Assembly: GCF_006345805.1 (NCBI RefSeq)
Contig: NW_021834154.1
Coordinates: forward strand, 1-58,874
Length of the DNA stretch: 58,874 bases
Origin: Octopus sinensis
Taxonomy: Eukaryota
Direction: 5' to 3'
Below are positions 12,430 to 24,056 of this stretch, one piece after another. The notes below the pieces were generated by a model that saw only the letters and a program-made list of their open reading frames with translations, searched no databases and was not told the origin of the DNA. Position numbers and translations under genes: made by a program. Positions within the stretch are counted from its first letter, which is position 1; every line of letters starts with the position of its first letter.

Positions 12430-12750
12430 CTATAATAAATCTCTGAGTGAGATATAAACAGTAACTGCTCTATAACATAAGGGGGATCAGCCATCTGAAT
12501 GTGGCTAGGGACAGGGCGGGGTAGTGGGGGTGTTACTGATGCATTTAGCCCCAGGCGATCATCAACGTCACCAGAAGGGCTGACACCATCTCGGTGTCCT
12601 TGCCAGCCTGCAAAGGGAGATCAGCCTCCCCGAAGATACGGATACTACATACGGACCGGTTTCGAGGTATTTGCCTCTTATCAACGCATGGTAAGCACCG
12701 TTCTTCGTTGAGGGACTTCCTCTACAGGCAGGATATATATGGATTTTCAC
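12430..12750 (-). mobile_element. Non-coding HHR-bearing repeat; its 3' part recurs at 36770-37060
   Basis: 12430-12600 aligns with 36770-36928 (CAGTAACTGCTC..ATAACATAAGGG..GCCATCTGAAT..GCATTTAGCCCCAGGCGA). HHR at 12648-12690. Confidence 0.75.
12648..12690 (-). ncRNA. Type I hammerhead ribozyme with U3-A8 core variant
   Basis: Minus strand: CATGCG-TTGATAA-GAGG(CAAATA)CCTC-GAAAC-CG-GTC-CGTATG. Stem I 6 bp including one G.U, stem II 4 bp, palindromic ACCGGT. Confidence 0.75.
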
Positions 12751-12770
12751 AGTTACTATCTCTCTCTTAG

Positions 12771-12925
12771 GGCAGAATCATAAGCACGCCGGGTAAAATA
12801 CCTAGCAGCACTTCGATCGTTTTTAGTTTCTCTGCTCAAATTCCACCGAAGCCTACTTTGCCTTTCATCCTTTCGTGGTCAATAAAATATGTACCAGTTG
12901 AACACTGGGGTCGATGTAATCAATT
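12771..12925 (+). mobile_element. SINE family B, diverged
   Basis: GGCAGAATC..AGCACGCCGGG..CAAATTCCACCGAAG..CTTTGCCTTTCATCCTTTCG..GGGGTCGATGTAATC. Confidence 0.8.
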
Positions 12926-12999
12926 TATTCACGAACTTGATGACCTTCTGCAAAAATTTGAGACTAGCATCTCTCTTAAGGTGGCTTGGAAAATCGTTA

Positions 13000-13165
13000 G
13001 AGCGTCGTAAAAAATGTTTTGGGGTTTTTTTTTCAGTATTTCTTCTGGTTCTTTACGTTTTAAGTTCAAATTCCGCGGAGGTCAGCTTTGACATTTCATC
13101 CTTTTGTAGTCGTTAAAATATAGTACCAGTCAAGTGCGGGATTCAACGGAATCGACTAACCTCTT
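13000..13165 (+). mobile_element. SINE family B, degenerate fragment
   Basis: AGTTCAAATTCCGCGGAGGTCAGCTTTG..CATCCTTT matches family B. Confidence 0.6.
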
Positions 13166-14351
13166 CCTTGAAAATTGTTAGCCACGTCTAAATCAGAAGC
13201 CATTAATACCTCTCCTACTTACACATCCTAATACTCTCTCTTTCTCCAATTTTCTGCAGAGAAATAATTCCCTGCTAAACAAACTGTCATCTTGCAACAA
13301 AACAAAATATAGACGTACCTCAACTTACGCTAGTAACTGGTTCCAAGACATTCGACTTAATTCGAAAAACGTTGTATCACCAAAAATCATTTAAGAAATT
13401 TATTAACTTATATCTGTTTTAACAGATGGTTTGTGCATATTTTTTACATGTAATTTTATTTGATTTTCGACTTCAGTATTTGTTTTTAGGTGTTTTTTTT
13501 TTTGTTTTAATTTTACACTTTTAAATACGCTCGCTGAGACCGATGTAATGTCTTTAATAGAAGAAATACGACGTAAAGTCGAAAAAACACGTAACACGAA
13601 CTGATGTAACTTGAGTCTGCACTTCCAACAAATAAATTCCAATCAGTTATAATATTCAGCCAATAATCGATTTCATATCTACCTTAGGTAACATCTAGAT
13701 TTCACTTTCTGTCCATGTTTAGAAATAAACATACAGCAATCAGTATTTCAGCAGCTATCAATAGATCAACGGGAGAACATATTAATCATGACAAATATAC
13801 TTCACTTTCTACTGACATAATTCATTTATCTAATCACAAATGTTTGAAGGGAAGAGCATATATTTTGATTTTATCGATGATTCTGTCATCCCCTTGAGAT
13901 TGAAAACTTAGTAAATATGATTTTAACGCTTTAGGCAAACCACATAAATAAACAATATTGTAAAGAAAAGTAACATTGTTCTAAAACCATGATAGGGAAG
14001 ATATCAAATAAAGTACTCAATCCATTAATGTCATGTGTTGGTTTGTTTGCAAGTCAATGAAACAAAAGGCTGTTATGGTGGAGCTACGGATATACATAAG
14101 GATATATATACATATATTATTATTATTATTATTATTATTATATTATTATTATTATTATTATTATTATTTAAAACAGTTTGATTGCCGGCAATCTGAAGCC
14201 TAAAGGAGGCGGCTCCAGTTAGGTGCCTGCAAAACTTTAAGTCTCAGAGGACCGAACAATATTGTTTTAAATAATACATGTAAGCCCTAGGAAATGTATT
14301 GAAAGTTCTTTTCTTTTGCTCGCCCACTCACTCATAGGTGTGCGCGCGCGC

Positions 14352-14473
14352 TTCGGCCAAAGAGACCGATAGAATAAGTACTAGGCTTACAAAGAAGGAG
14401 TCGATTTGTTCAACTAAAGGCGGTGTTCCAGCATGGGCACAGTCAAATTACTGAAAGAAATAAAAGAATAAAA

Positions 14474-14476
<3 letters not shown>
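14352..14476 (+). mobile_element. SINE family A, 3' fragment
   Basis: TTCGGCCAAAGAGACCGATAGAATAAGTACTAGGCTTACAAAG...CAGTCAAATTACTGAAA. Confidence 0.85.
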
Positions 14477-14508
<32 letters not shown>

Positions 14509-14654
14509 AAATACCCACAAGTACTATATACTCGTTGTTCACTTCAGCTTTATTATTATTCTTATATTAGTGTCCTTTGACTGAAATCTTTATGAAGAGT
14601 CGTTGAAGAGGTCACATGATGTGTGACGATAGATTTCATGCAAAGGACACTAAA

Positions 14655-14666
14655 ATAATAATAATA

Positions 14667-14765
<99 letters not shown>

Positions 14766-14780
14766 AATAATAATAATAAA
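14655..14780. repeat. (AAT)n/(GAT)n microsatellite
   Basis: Direct inspection. Confidence 0.95.
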
Positions 14781-14902
14781 GCTGATGTGAAAAACGTGTA
14801 TATAGTGCGTGTGGTTATTTGGCACAAAAATATGACAGTCCCTAAAAATGTAACAACATCCGTTTCAACACACGATTTCATATCAGGAATCTCGCAAAAC
14901 AA

Positions 14903-14975
<73 letters not shown>

Positions 14976-15609
14976 TGTTGAACTGAATACTTTGGTGTGT
15001 TAAGAGATGTTCCTTCATGTTCCCAGTTCAAAAGCCTGTTGCGACTGACTTTTTCTTTTACCCCTCCAGATTGAATATATAATTACTAGACATGTAATGG
15101 GATCAATTTAATCAACATCACGTCTGTTGCACAATTACGTGACCTTATGCTAATGCGGGAAATCCATACGGTCAGGTTTTTAACACAATTATAAGCTAAT
15201 ATCGGACGCTGGACTAGAGATGTTAAGAAATGTTAGTGGTATGAAAGAAATGATTGATAATGGAAGATTTCTCAGACAGTAATTCTGTGACGCGTAAACT
15301 GCTTCCTTCTCGTTCTGGATGTCACTAATCGAATATAGAAAATCAAAAGTGCATATCGAATTTGCTGACTCCTTTATAAACCAAATATTTACGAACCTCT
15401 CCAGATCAAACAGATGACTATGTATCTTCAGTCGAAGTTCTCATAGATAGAATATATAACAAATTATTTCTCCTTACTATCTCTACAAAGCATTAGAAAA
15501 TATAAACAGCTTATCGTTTAGTCTGTGAACAGATTCTTCTTCTAACGAGACTATATTCTTTTAGTCTTCTACTCGTTTCAATCAATATATAGGGCCTCCA
15601 AGGCTTTGT

Positions 15610-15900
15610 GCTGGCAGAAACGTTAGCACGCCAGGCGAAATTCTTATCCCCTCCCACAAAAATTCGGGCCTTATGCCTCTAGTAGAAAGGATTTTTATTA
15701 AAGCGAACTGGCGGAATCTTTAGCACGCCCAGCAAAATGCTTAGAGGCATTTCGTTCGTCTTTACTTTCTGAGTTCAAATTCCGCCGAGGTCGACTTTGC
15801 CTTTCATCCTTTCGGTGTCGATAGAATTAGTACCAGTTTAGCATTGGGGTCGATGCAATCGACTTACTCCTCCCCAGAACTTTCTGGTCTTGTACTGAAA
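15610..15900 (+). mobile_element. SINE family B, one short and one longer copy in tandem
   Basis: GCTGGCAGAAACGTTAGCACGCC at ~15610, a second head at ~15705 with GAGTTCAAATTCCGCCGAGGTCGAC. Confidence 0.8.
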
Positions 15901-15977
15901 TTTGAAACCAATATATAGGGCCTTCGTAAGACCAACGTGGATCATAACATACTTCTGTACATGGATGCACAGGACAA

Positions 15978-16310
15978 GATTGGCTCTGTCGTTAAGAAGC
16001 TCGTTAGTCAACCACGTGGTTCCGGGTTCAGTCCCATTGTGCAGTACTTTGGACAAGTATCATCTATCATAGCCCCAGACTGTGAGTGAAATTGGGAAAG
16101 AGAAACTGCGAGGAAGCCCTTTGTGTATATTAATATTTGTGTTCATATGTCTTTGTGTCTATATTTTTACCACACGATTGACATCCGGTGTCTGTCTGTT
16201 TACGTCCCTGTAATCTAATGATTCAGCGAAAAGAGACCGATAGAATAAACACCAGATTTTAGTACTTGGGTTGACCTTCAAGGCGGTACACAGGGTGGTC
16301 GCAGTCTGTC
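15978..16310 (+). mobile_element. SINE family A, old full-length copy
   Basis: Head with GGTTCCGGGTTCAGTCCC (B-box), CORE-like TTGGACAAGT, and tail AAAAGAGACCGATAGAATAA. Confidence 0.7.
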
Positions 16311-17109
16311 AGAAGTTTGTTCATTGGGAACTGAGTTGAGGGCTAACCACCCCCACCCCCACCCCAAAAAAAACACAGCTACCACTGTAGCAACAGTAGC
16401 GACAACGTGAACAACAAGTTGCAAGTGTACCGTGCAAGAGATAACCACCGTGTTTGAAATGTAAATGGCGGAAAATTTTTCACAGCAGTAACTGCGTTAA
16501 ATTATGTTTTTCGTTAATAATGTATCTTGCAAAATTACAATAACTCATCGATGTTCCAACAACTTAGTATATTTACAGTATATGTGTGTGCGTGCGCGTG
16601 CGTGTGTATTTGTGGATGTGTAACGCAAAGAATCTTGCATTACCGAATATATCTCTTCTTTCATCTATTTACTAATCTCTTACATAATTGATTCTCTTCA
16701 GAATTCAGTATTCAGAAATTATCTCCGAGCAGATATATTTTTGCTGCTGGGAAAAGTTTTCGTCTATATCACACATTTCGGTTTGATAATGTTCGAGAGT
16801 ATCGATACACACACACACAAACACACACACACACACACTCACAAATACACACATATGTACACAGTGTTTGCGCGTGTGTTCGCGTGCTTTTGATTTTAAA
16901 GAGATAAGATATATTCAATACAAAAGTAGAGTATAAACTTCTATTGTGTTTCGAGATTACTCTCAGTTAGCACTCCATTTTTTGCATACACCTCTATTAT
17001 ATGTAGTACTGAGTTTGTGTTATTGCGTTCACAACAATACTACAAATGATGCCAGTAAACAATTTAACACATCAACCTCGGTAGATAGTTAATATATAAC
17101 GTCACAGAA

Positions 17110-17523
17110 GGCGGCGAGCTGGCAGAAATGTTAGCACGTCGGGCGGAATGCTTAGCCGTAATTCGTCTGCCGCTACGTTCTGAGTTCAAATTCCGCCGAG
17201 GTCGACTTTGCCTTTCATCCTTTCGGGATCGATTAAATAAGTACCAGTTAATCACTGGGGTCGATATAATCGACTTAATCCCCTTGTATGTACTTGTTTG
17301 TCCCCTCTATGTTTAGCTCCTTGTGGGTAATAAAGAAATAGGTATTTCGTCTGCCGTTACGTTCTGAGTTCAAATTCCGCCGAGATCGACTTTGCCTTTC
17401 ATCCTTTCGGGGTCGATTAAATAAGTACCAGTTAATCACTGGCGTCGATATAATCGACTTAATCCCCATGTCTGTACTTGTTTGTCCCCTCTATGTTTAG
17501 CCCCTTGTGGGCAACAAGAAATA
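17110..17523 (+). mobile_element. SINE family B with internal ~180 bp tandem duplication and 17 bp TSD
   Basis: Head GGCGGCGAGCTGGCAGAAATGTTAGC (A-box) and GAGTTCAAATTCC (B-box). The body repeats from 17341. AATATATAACGTCACAG lies at both 17091-17107 and 17524-17540. Confidence 0.92.
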
Positions 17524-18117
17524 AATATATAACGTCACAGCGCTGTTAATCTGAATTTCATGCCCATGTACACGGACGTGTCTTAAATAGTGTCGACTAA
17601 GGGAACGGTTACCCAAGTCGGCGTTTATAAGCGGGCTTCAGCTTGTTGTACTAGCTTTCAATTTGTTTTGTGTAGGGGTTAGAGTTAAGATTAGGATATT
17701 CTACGGGCTTTCCGTTTTCAAGTTTTTATTTGGATTCGAGTAAAGAGTAAACTTGTTTCCGAGCAGGCAATTACAAATTAACTCAGTTCTTTTAAGTTGT
17801 TTGTTATCTAGATGAAGATGAATTGTTTTTCCCCATTACGAAAATCACAGAAATTTCAACAATGGGTGTGCTTGTTACTGACATGTAATATAGATCAACC
17901 GCGTGATATTAAACTTATTAATGTGGAGAAGTGCCATAAGTGACTTGAAAATCGTGTCCTCCTACTTATATTTGCATCTCAATAATTTGGTCTATCGTAT
18001 ATATATATAACTGTTCTTGAAACTGCCCTCACACATTCTGCTTTTTATCTAAGAGATTATATGTCCCCGAGAACCAGTGATTCAGCTTTGCCTAAAATTG
18101 TCCTAGTGTACCGGTAG

Positions 18118-18235
18118 TATTGACAGATCGAGATGTCTTTCTTGATTCAGTGGGCGGTGGTTCATAACCGTTCTTAGTTGGTGGAGCAATTCGTTTGTTT
18201 CCGACATTTAACGATATTCTGACCCGTTAACCAGC
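18118..18235 (+). pseudogene. Degenerate 18S rRNA fragment (possibly extending through GC-rich sequence to ~18310)
   Basis: TTGACAGATCGAGATGTCTTTCTTGATTCAGTGGGCGGTGGTTCATAACCGTTCTTAGTTGGTGGAGCAATT matches the conserved eukaryotic SSU segment ATTGACAGATTGA..CTCTTTCTTGATT..GTGGGTGGTGGTGCATGGCCGTTCTTAGTTGGTGGAGCGATT. Confidence 0.88.
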
Positions 18236-18478
18236 GCGTTAATTAGCGCTTCTCCGAGTAGTGCGGCGCCGCCGAAGCCGTCGTCGGTGGTACTGCGTGC
18301 GGTCAAAGACTGCCAGTGACAATTGCCTTTATCTTCTCAGTAGTACATATTTGGTTTCTGAGTCGTAATTATTTGATGGTTTGACCCCTACTGCTTGCGG
18401 TGACGCTCCTCATAGTGATGACATAATATTCTTCCATCATTATAACAAAGCACTGGATAATAGTAGATTCAGAGGAAA

Positions 18479-19400
18479 GACATGAAGCTAATTGTTAAAA
18501 CTACAGTGGTTATCTATATTATTTTATTTATATGAGTTTTATTTATATCAGTACAGGACTGAGTAAATTAGTTTGGCGTCTTAAAGACAACAATATAACT
18601 TTCAAGTTGGATTGGTTTATATTGTCTGTATCCTTTCCTTTTGATAAGGGCAGGAAATTTTGTAACATTTGTAATTCTGAACTATTCTATATCCTTTTCG
18701 CCAAGGTTCCCCTAGTAAACACACTCATAGAAAAATCGTACAAATGTACACTTTCCACTCATATAAATAAAATAATATAGATAGCCACTGTAGTTTTAAC
18801 AATTAGCTTCATGTCCACACCACTGCCATAGACAAATTCTTTACTATGCCTTCGATCTTTCTTTCTGCTCCGTTATATGTCCCATTGCTACTAAATATCT
18901 TTGACGTATATTTATATCTCTCTCTCTTTCACACACACAATCAAACACACAGACACAAATTTTACACCTTACTACTAAGTATATTTGACGTTTGTCTCCC
19001 TCACACACAATCACACATACACACACACAGACACATATGCAGTTATATACACACACTCATACACATACACAAACACTCGCACTCATTAACACAAGCACAC
19101 ACCCGACATCCCCATACATACAGCATACATATTGTCCCCTACCTATTTTTTTCTACTTCCTACTTCTACCCACTTTTGACGTCATTGCTTATAACGGATT
19201 ATTTTTAAAAAACACTCATTATCACTGTGGTCACCATGTAGGCAACCATCAAAAAATTTTGTTCGTCTTGTGCCTGAAAGAGGCTCCTTATCTTTCCTGA
19301 TGAGAAGATGGCATAATGCATCCTTTATTCCTTCGAAATTAAAAGTATGCCGTCTACGAAACATGTGTCGAGAATAAAGGAATTTTGTTAAAATCTTCGT
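18479..19400 (+). mobile_element. 3' fragment of a Penelope-like element (GIY-YIG C-terminus plus 3' UTR with HHR)
   Basis: TGLSKLVWRLKDNNITFKLDWFIL..RKFCNICNSELFYIL aligns with TQLSNHIWSLRDKGVDYNIQWKIL..GRCGLCDMERWLI at 48330-48470. 59 bp inverted repeat at 18479-18537/18757-18815. HHR at 19286. Confidence 0.75.
19286..19380 (+). ncRNA. Canonical type I hammerhead ribozyme
   Basis: CCTTATCTTTC-CTGATGA-GA-AGATGGCATA(30 nt)TATGCCGTCT-AC-GAAAC-ATGT-GTC-GAGAATAAAGG. 10 bp stem II, GUC cleavage predicted after 19369. Confidence 0.85.
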
Positions 19401-19499
19401 TCGACTCCATTCTTTCATTTATTTATATATATATCACTATATGGACGAGACACACCGCTGGTCACAATGCGCTTCCTCGCAGAGTTGTAGCTTTCGAAT

Positions 19500-19610
19500 G
19501 ATGCCAACCCATTGGCTAGACGGGCAGCACATCCCACCAGTTTGTGGCAGGGTTACCCACTTCCAATTGAGGGAACTAGAAGAACGTGAAACGAAGTGTT
19601 TCGAATTTAT
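19500..19610 (-). mobile_element. Degenerate SINE family C fragment
   Basis: GAACTAGAAGAACGTGAAACGAAGTGTTT resembles GGACTGGAGCAACG..AAATGAAGTGTTC at 43020. Confidence 0.4.
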
Positions 19611-19645
19611 ATCATTCTTTACATATTTCAGTCATTTTACTGAAG

Positions 19646-19790
19646 CCATGCTGCAGCAGCGCCTTAAAGAGTTCGAAGCCTAGAACTTATTCTGTTGTTC
19701 ACTTTTGACGAACCGCTAGGTTACGGGGACGTAAACACACCAACATCTATTGTCAAGAGATAGTAGTTGGGAGACAAACACAGATACATA
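19646..19790 (-). mobile_element. SINE family A, 3' fragment
   Basis: CCATGCTGCAGCAGCGCCTT...GAACCGCTAGGTTACGGGGACGTAAACACACC. Confidence 0.75.
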
Positions 19791-19799
19791 CATATATAT

Positions 19800-22700
19800 A
19801 TATCAAGAAAGTTTTGGCAGCGGAAACAATTATTTCTCGACAAATATGCTACAAACTACGGTAAAGACAACAGAGCTCCGAGAAATAGCATTAAAAGTGG
19901 ACAACCTCACCAACGCAACATACACCAGAACACTGGCAACATGAACACCTGTTTCACCACGAATCGAAGACGAACTACGGTAAGAACTCTTCCCATTTTG
20001 TATGCAAACCACCCCAATGCACACAACATGAACAAAAGCAGCACAAACAAAATAGATATTGTTTTGAACAGACCATTAGCAGTAGAAATAACAGGAGATC
20101 ATTTTCAAGACCTCAACAGAGATTACCCACAAGAAACTGGACAAAAACCGATCTAGATCTAGAAGTAAACCCAGATCATTTCTCCAGGTGGTTAAAAACA
20201 ATGCTAACAAGAAATTGAAAAGTAGCATACATAATACCAAAAACAAGACAGAAAACATAACGAAACCAAGTAAAGTACCACAACCAAAACGCAAAATTCA
20301 TCAAGCAAACATCAACAGGAATATAAATCATAACCAGAAAAAAATCCATTTTTTTACGTCAGGACAACAAACACCGGAGAAAGAAAAAATCCAAGAGGAA
20401 ACATACCCCAAACAACTGAACGTATAGATCCTAAAATAATTAATTATAAAAAAAGATTTTGACAATGATGAAATCCAACTTCTGTCAAAAGGACTGAAAT
20501 TCACACCTACACCAACAGCCAACCACCAAGAATTAAAGGAGGATATCCAAAAATTCTGTCGAAAATTACGACTTGTAGAATTCTTCGCTAACAAAAGTAA
20601 TGAGATTGATGAATCCCTAGTAAGGAATAAATCAAATTTCACCCCCACCAAAAGGAAGAAATAACTACCTTGACCAATACATTGATATCCTGTCTAAATT
20701 TCCCCTTAGACGCAATACCAATGTTAGGCCAAACATTAGCAAATCAGAGATGTCTGCATGTAAACGTATACAAAACGATCAAACAATAATAAATAAACAA
20801 GCAGATAAAGGTGGTGCAATTGTTATTATGGATACCGAATACTATAAGGATTGGTTGAAGACCAACTGAAGGATACAACCTTCTATTGTGAAATACCCGC
20901 AAATATAGACCACCACATCATGAAAAAGATCAACAACCTGATTTCAACCACACAACAACTCACTTACGGATAATGAAAAAGACTACATCACCATTTTGAA
21001 CCAAAACCCAGCAACTTCTACGGCTTACCAAAAATACACAAATCAAAAAACATTCAACAGGCAGCAGTAAAAGAACAAGAAAGTGAGTACATAAAATTAT
21101 TACATCCAAAAGACCTAAAACTTAGACCTATTATAGCTGGTCCCATGCCCTACACACCGTCTAAGCAATTTTATTGACATTGTTTTGAAACCACTATGTA
21201 CTTACATACCAAGTTTCATCAGGGATGACATCGACTTCCTGTCCCATCTTCCCAAAACAACAGAAACAAATTCAGTTTTACTAAGTTTTGATGTGGTAAG
21301 CCTCTACACCAATATTCCACACGATTTAGGAATAAAGGCGATTAAATACTGGTTAGAAAAACATAGAGAAGTGATTCCCAGCAGATTCACAGTGCCTTTT
21401 ATATTAGACACAGTCAAGCTTATTCTAGAAAATAACACATTCTTCTTCAATGGAAAGAATTACATCCAAATTAGAGGCACGGCGATGGGAACGAGGTTTG
21501 CTCCGTTTACGCCAACTCTGTAATGGGATACTTAGAAGAACAACTCTACCAAGAGGTGGAGGTAAACTATGGCACTGGGTTTAGAAAGTATATTGAAAAG
21601 GCATGGAAGAGATACCTAGACGACTGTTTCATAATCTGGACAGAATCTCTAAATACTCTGGAAGAGTTCAATATCTCCTGAACAACCTACACCCATCTCT
21701 CCAATTTACAAAGGAGATGAGTAGTACCAAATTACCATTCCTGGATATAATGGTAATTAAAAAAGACACCACCATCACCACAGATATATACTATAAACAC
21801 ACAGACACACATCAATACCTAAATTTTAAGTCGTGCCATCCACCACATACAAAACGTAACATCCATACTGCCTAGCCAGAAGAATTTGTACTATTGTAGA
21901 AGATGCAAATATCAGGAACAAACGCCTAATAGAACTAAGAGAATTTTTGCTCAAACAAAAATACCCATCTCTACTTATAGAAAATGGCATACAGCGGGCT
22001 ATAAAAATACCTATACAACAACTTAGGACAACCCAAGGAAGAGGAAAACAAGAAAAAGTCATACCATTCATAGTGACACACAACCCATGTCACCAGAATA
22101 TCTTCAACATTGCCAAAGCAAACCTACCAATCATTGCCCAAAGTAATGAATTAAAAGACATAATCACGGATCGAGCTATGGTGCTTAGTAAAAGACAGCC
22201 TAAAAACTTGAAAACATTACTAACAAAGGCAAATTTGACCTCAGCAACAAAGACCAAACATTCACGGTATCTAAATGCAATGATAGCCGATGTGGCACAT
22301 GCCAATTCATACATACCGGTCAATATATAAACACAAAAACGGGGAAAATATTCACAAACGCGAATATGAACTGCAAAAGCAGAAATTTAATTTACTGCAT
22401 CAAATGCCCAAATTGTGAAGAAATATATGTAGGTCAGACGGGAAACGCACTATTAGAACGCTCACGTGTACACCGGGCAACAGATTAGAGACCAGAGTCC
22501 GTCAGATACCTTTGAGTAACCACCTAGCAACATGTGGTCGGAAAATATATATAATATTTCCATTCTACAAATTACACAGCCCAAGTGAATCGAGAGGAAA
22601 ATCAGAGAAAGAATTTTATTGATAAATTCGAACCCAAGCTAAATAAGCAATAATAATAATAATAATACTTAGAGGTATTACTTCCACTGCTACGACCATG

Positions 22701-23290
22701 ACCACTAACAAACAACAACAATACTAAAGGTGATCAAGACGAAGATAGCAGGAAAATTATCTTATTTAGGGTTAAAAGTTCTATTGCCATAACCATCACC
22801 ACTAGCAACAATAATTAGGTGCTGACAATGATGATGATGACAATTGAAATATAAAAATATAAAAATCTCTGACAAAGGATATTTACAACATTTCTAAAAA
22901 TAACCCCAACATTGCTGCTTCGGCCAGGGTCAATACAGGACTCTTGACATGTCCAACAAAGCGTGACGCCTAAACCAATCAGCTCAACCAACCAATCAGC
23001 TTAAGTATTGAGTGATACTACACACTGATTGTTCAGAATACAGTTTGCAAAACCTAGCACTCTGGAGCCTACCCAGCTGTATTTATAGCACAGAATCAAT
23101 CATCTTGCTACAGTCAAAAATTGTGAAGCATGACTGTCAACACTACTACATGAACCCGAAGATTGCAGAATCAATGCATGAAAGTACTAGTTCAATCAGA
23201 ATGAATATTTAACATTCTACTATTTCATTTTATTTTATTCAATTATAATATATTATCTTATAATATATCATTATAAGATTGTAAATAAAA
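19800..23290 (+). mobile_element. Decayed near-full-length Penelope-like retroelement (RT plus GIY-YIG)
   Basis: Frameshifted motifs in order: LLSKGLKFTPTP (~20480), ADKGG (20801), FYGLPKIHK (~21020), LRPIIAG, SFDVVSLYTNIP, GTAMGT, YLDD (21613-21624), DIYYKHT, CHPPH, GIY-YIG IYCIKCPNC..YVGQTG (22390-22440). Ends ~22650, followed by a 3' UTR with an HHR-like motif. Confidence 0.95.
23151..23194 (+). ncRNA. Hammerhead-like motif (U4C variant) in the PLE 3' UTR
   Basis: TGAAC-CCGAAGA-TTGCA(GAATCAA)TGCAT-GAAAG-TA-CTA-GTTCA. Perfect 5 bp stem I, palindromic AGTACT, U.U at the base of stem II. Confidence 0.55.
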
Positions 23291-23326
23291 CGTGAAAATC
23301 AGACAAGGTTGGAATTCTTTTTATTA

Positions 23327-23363
<37 letters not shown>

Positions 23364-23369
23364 ATATAT

Positions 23370-23512
23370 ACGACAGGTTCTTACGGTTTCCGTCTACCAA
23401 ACACATTTACAAGGCTATAAGTAGAATACACTTACCCAAGGTACCATGCAGTGGAGCGGAACCCGGAACCATTGTGGTTGGGAAGCAAGCTTCCTACCAC
23501 ACACCCATACCT
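23370..23512 (-). mobile_element. SINE family A, 5' half
   Basis: Reverse complement of the head: TTTCCGTCTACCAAA..CCCAAGGTACCATGCAGTGG..AACCCGGAACCA..CTACCACAC. Confidence 0.8.
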
Positions 23513-23990
23513 GTGACTATATATGAACTATTTTGTATCATATATAAATAAATACACAGGCATACATACATACATATATATGTATTTATATATATGTACA
23601 TATGTATGTGTATGTATGTATGTATGTATGTATGTATGTATGTATGTATGTATGTATGTATGCATGCATGCATGCATGTATGTATGTATGCATGCATGCA
23701 TGCATGTATGTATGTATGTATGTATGTATGTATGTATGTATGTATGTATGTATGTACTTGCGTGATTTTGTCAACGTATTTTCAATCCAATAATGTTGCA
23801 GATAAAGGTTATACGTCTCTTACGATTTGACGATAAGTCATGATTAGGTAATTTACGTTATGTAAATTATAATCACTTTATGTTAATGAACCTATGGATG
23901 ATGGTGTGTAACTCTTAAATCTTATAAACAATCTTTCATGTTTTATTTCATGCTGACACATACACACACATATATGTATGCATATATATA

Positions 23991-24056
<66 letters not shown>

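Noticed and set aside
17110-17205. SINE heads as genuine tRNA genes
   Set aside because: A/B boxes are present, but each head continues into a SINE body, is multicopy with TSDs, and I could not fold a full cloverleaf.
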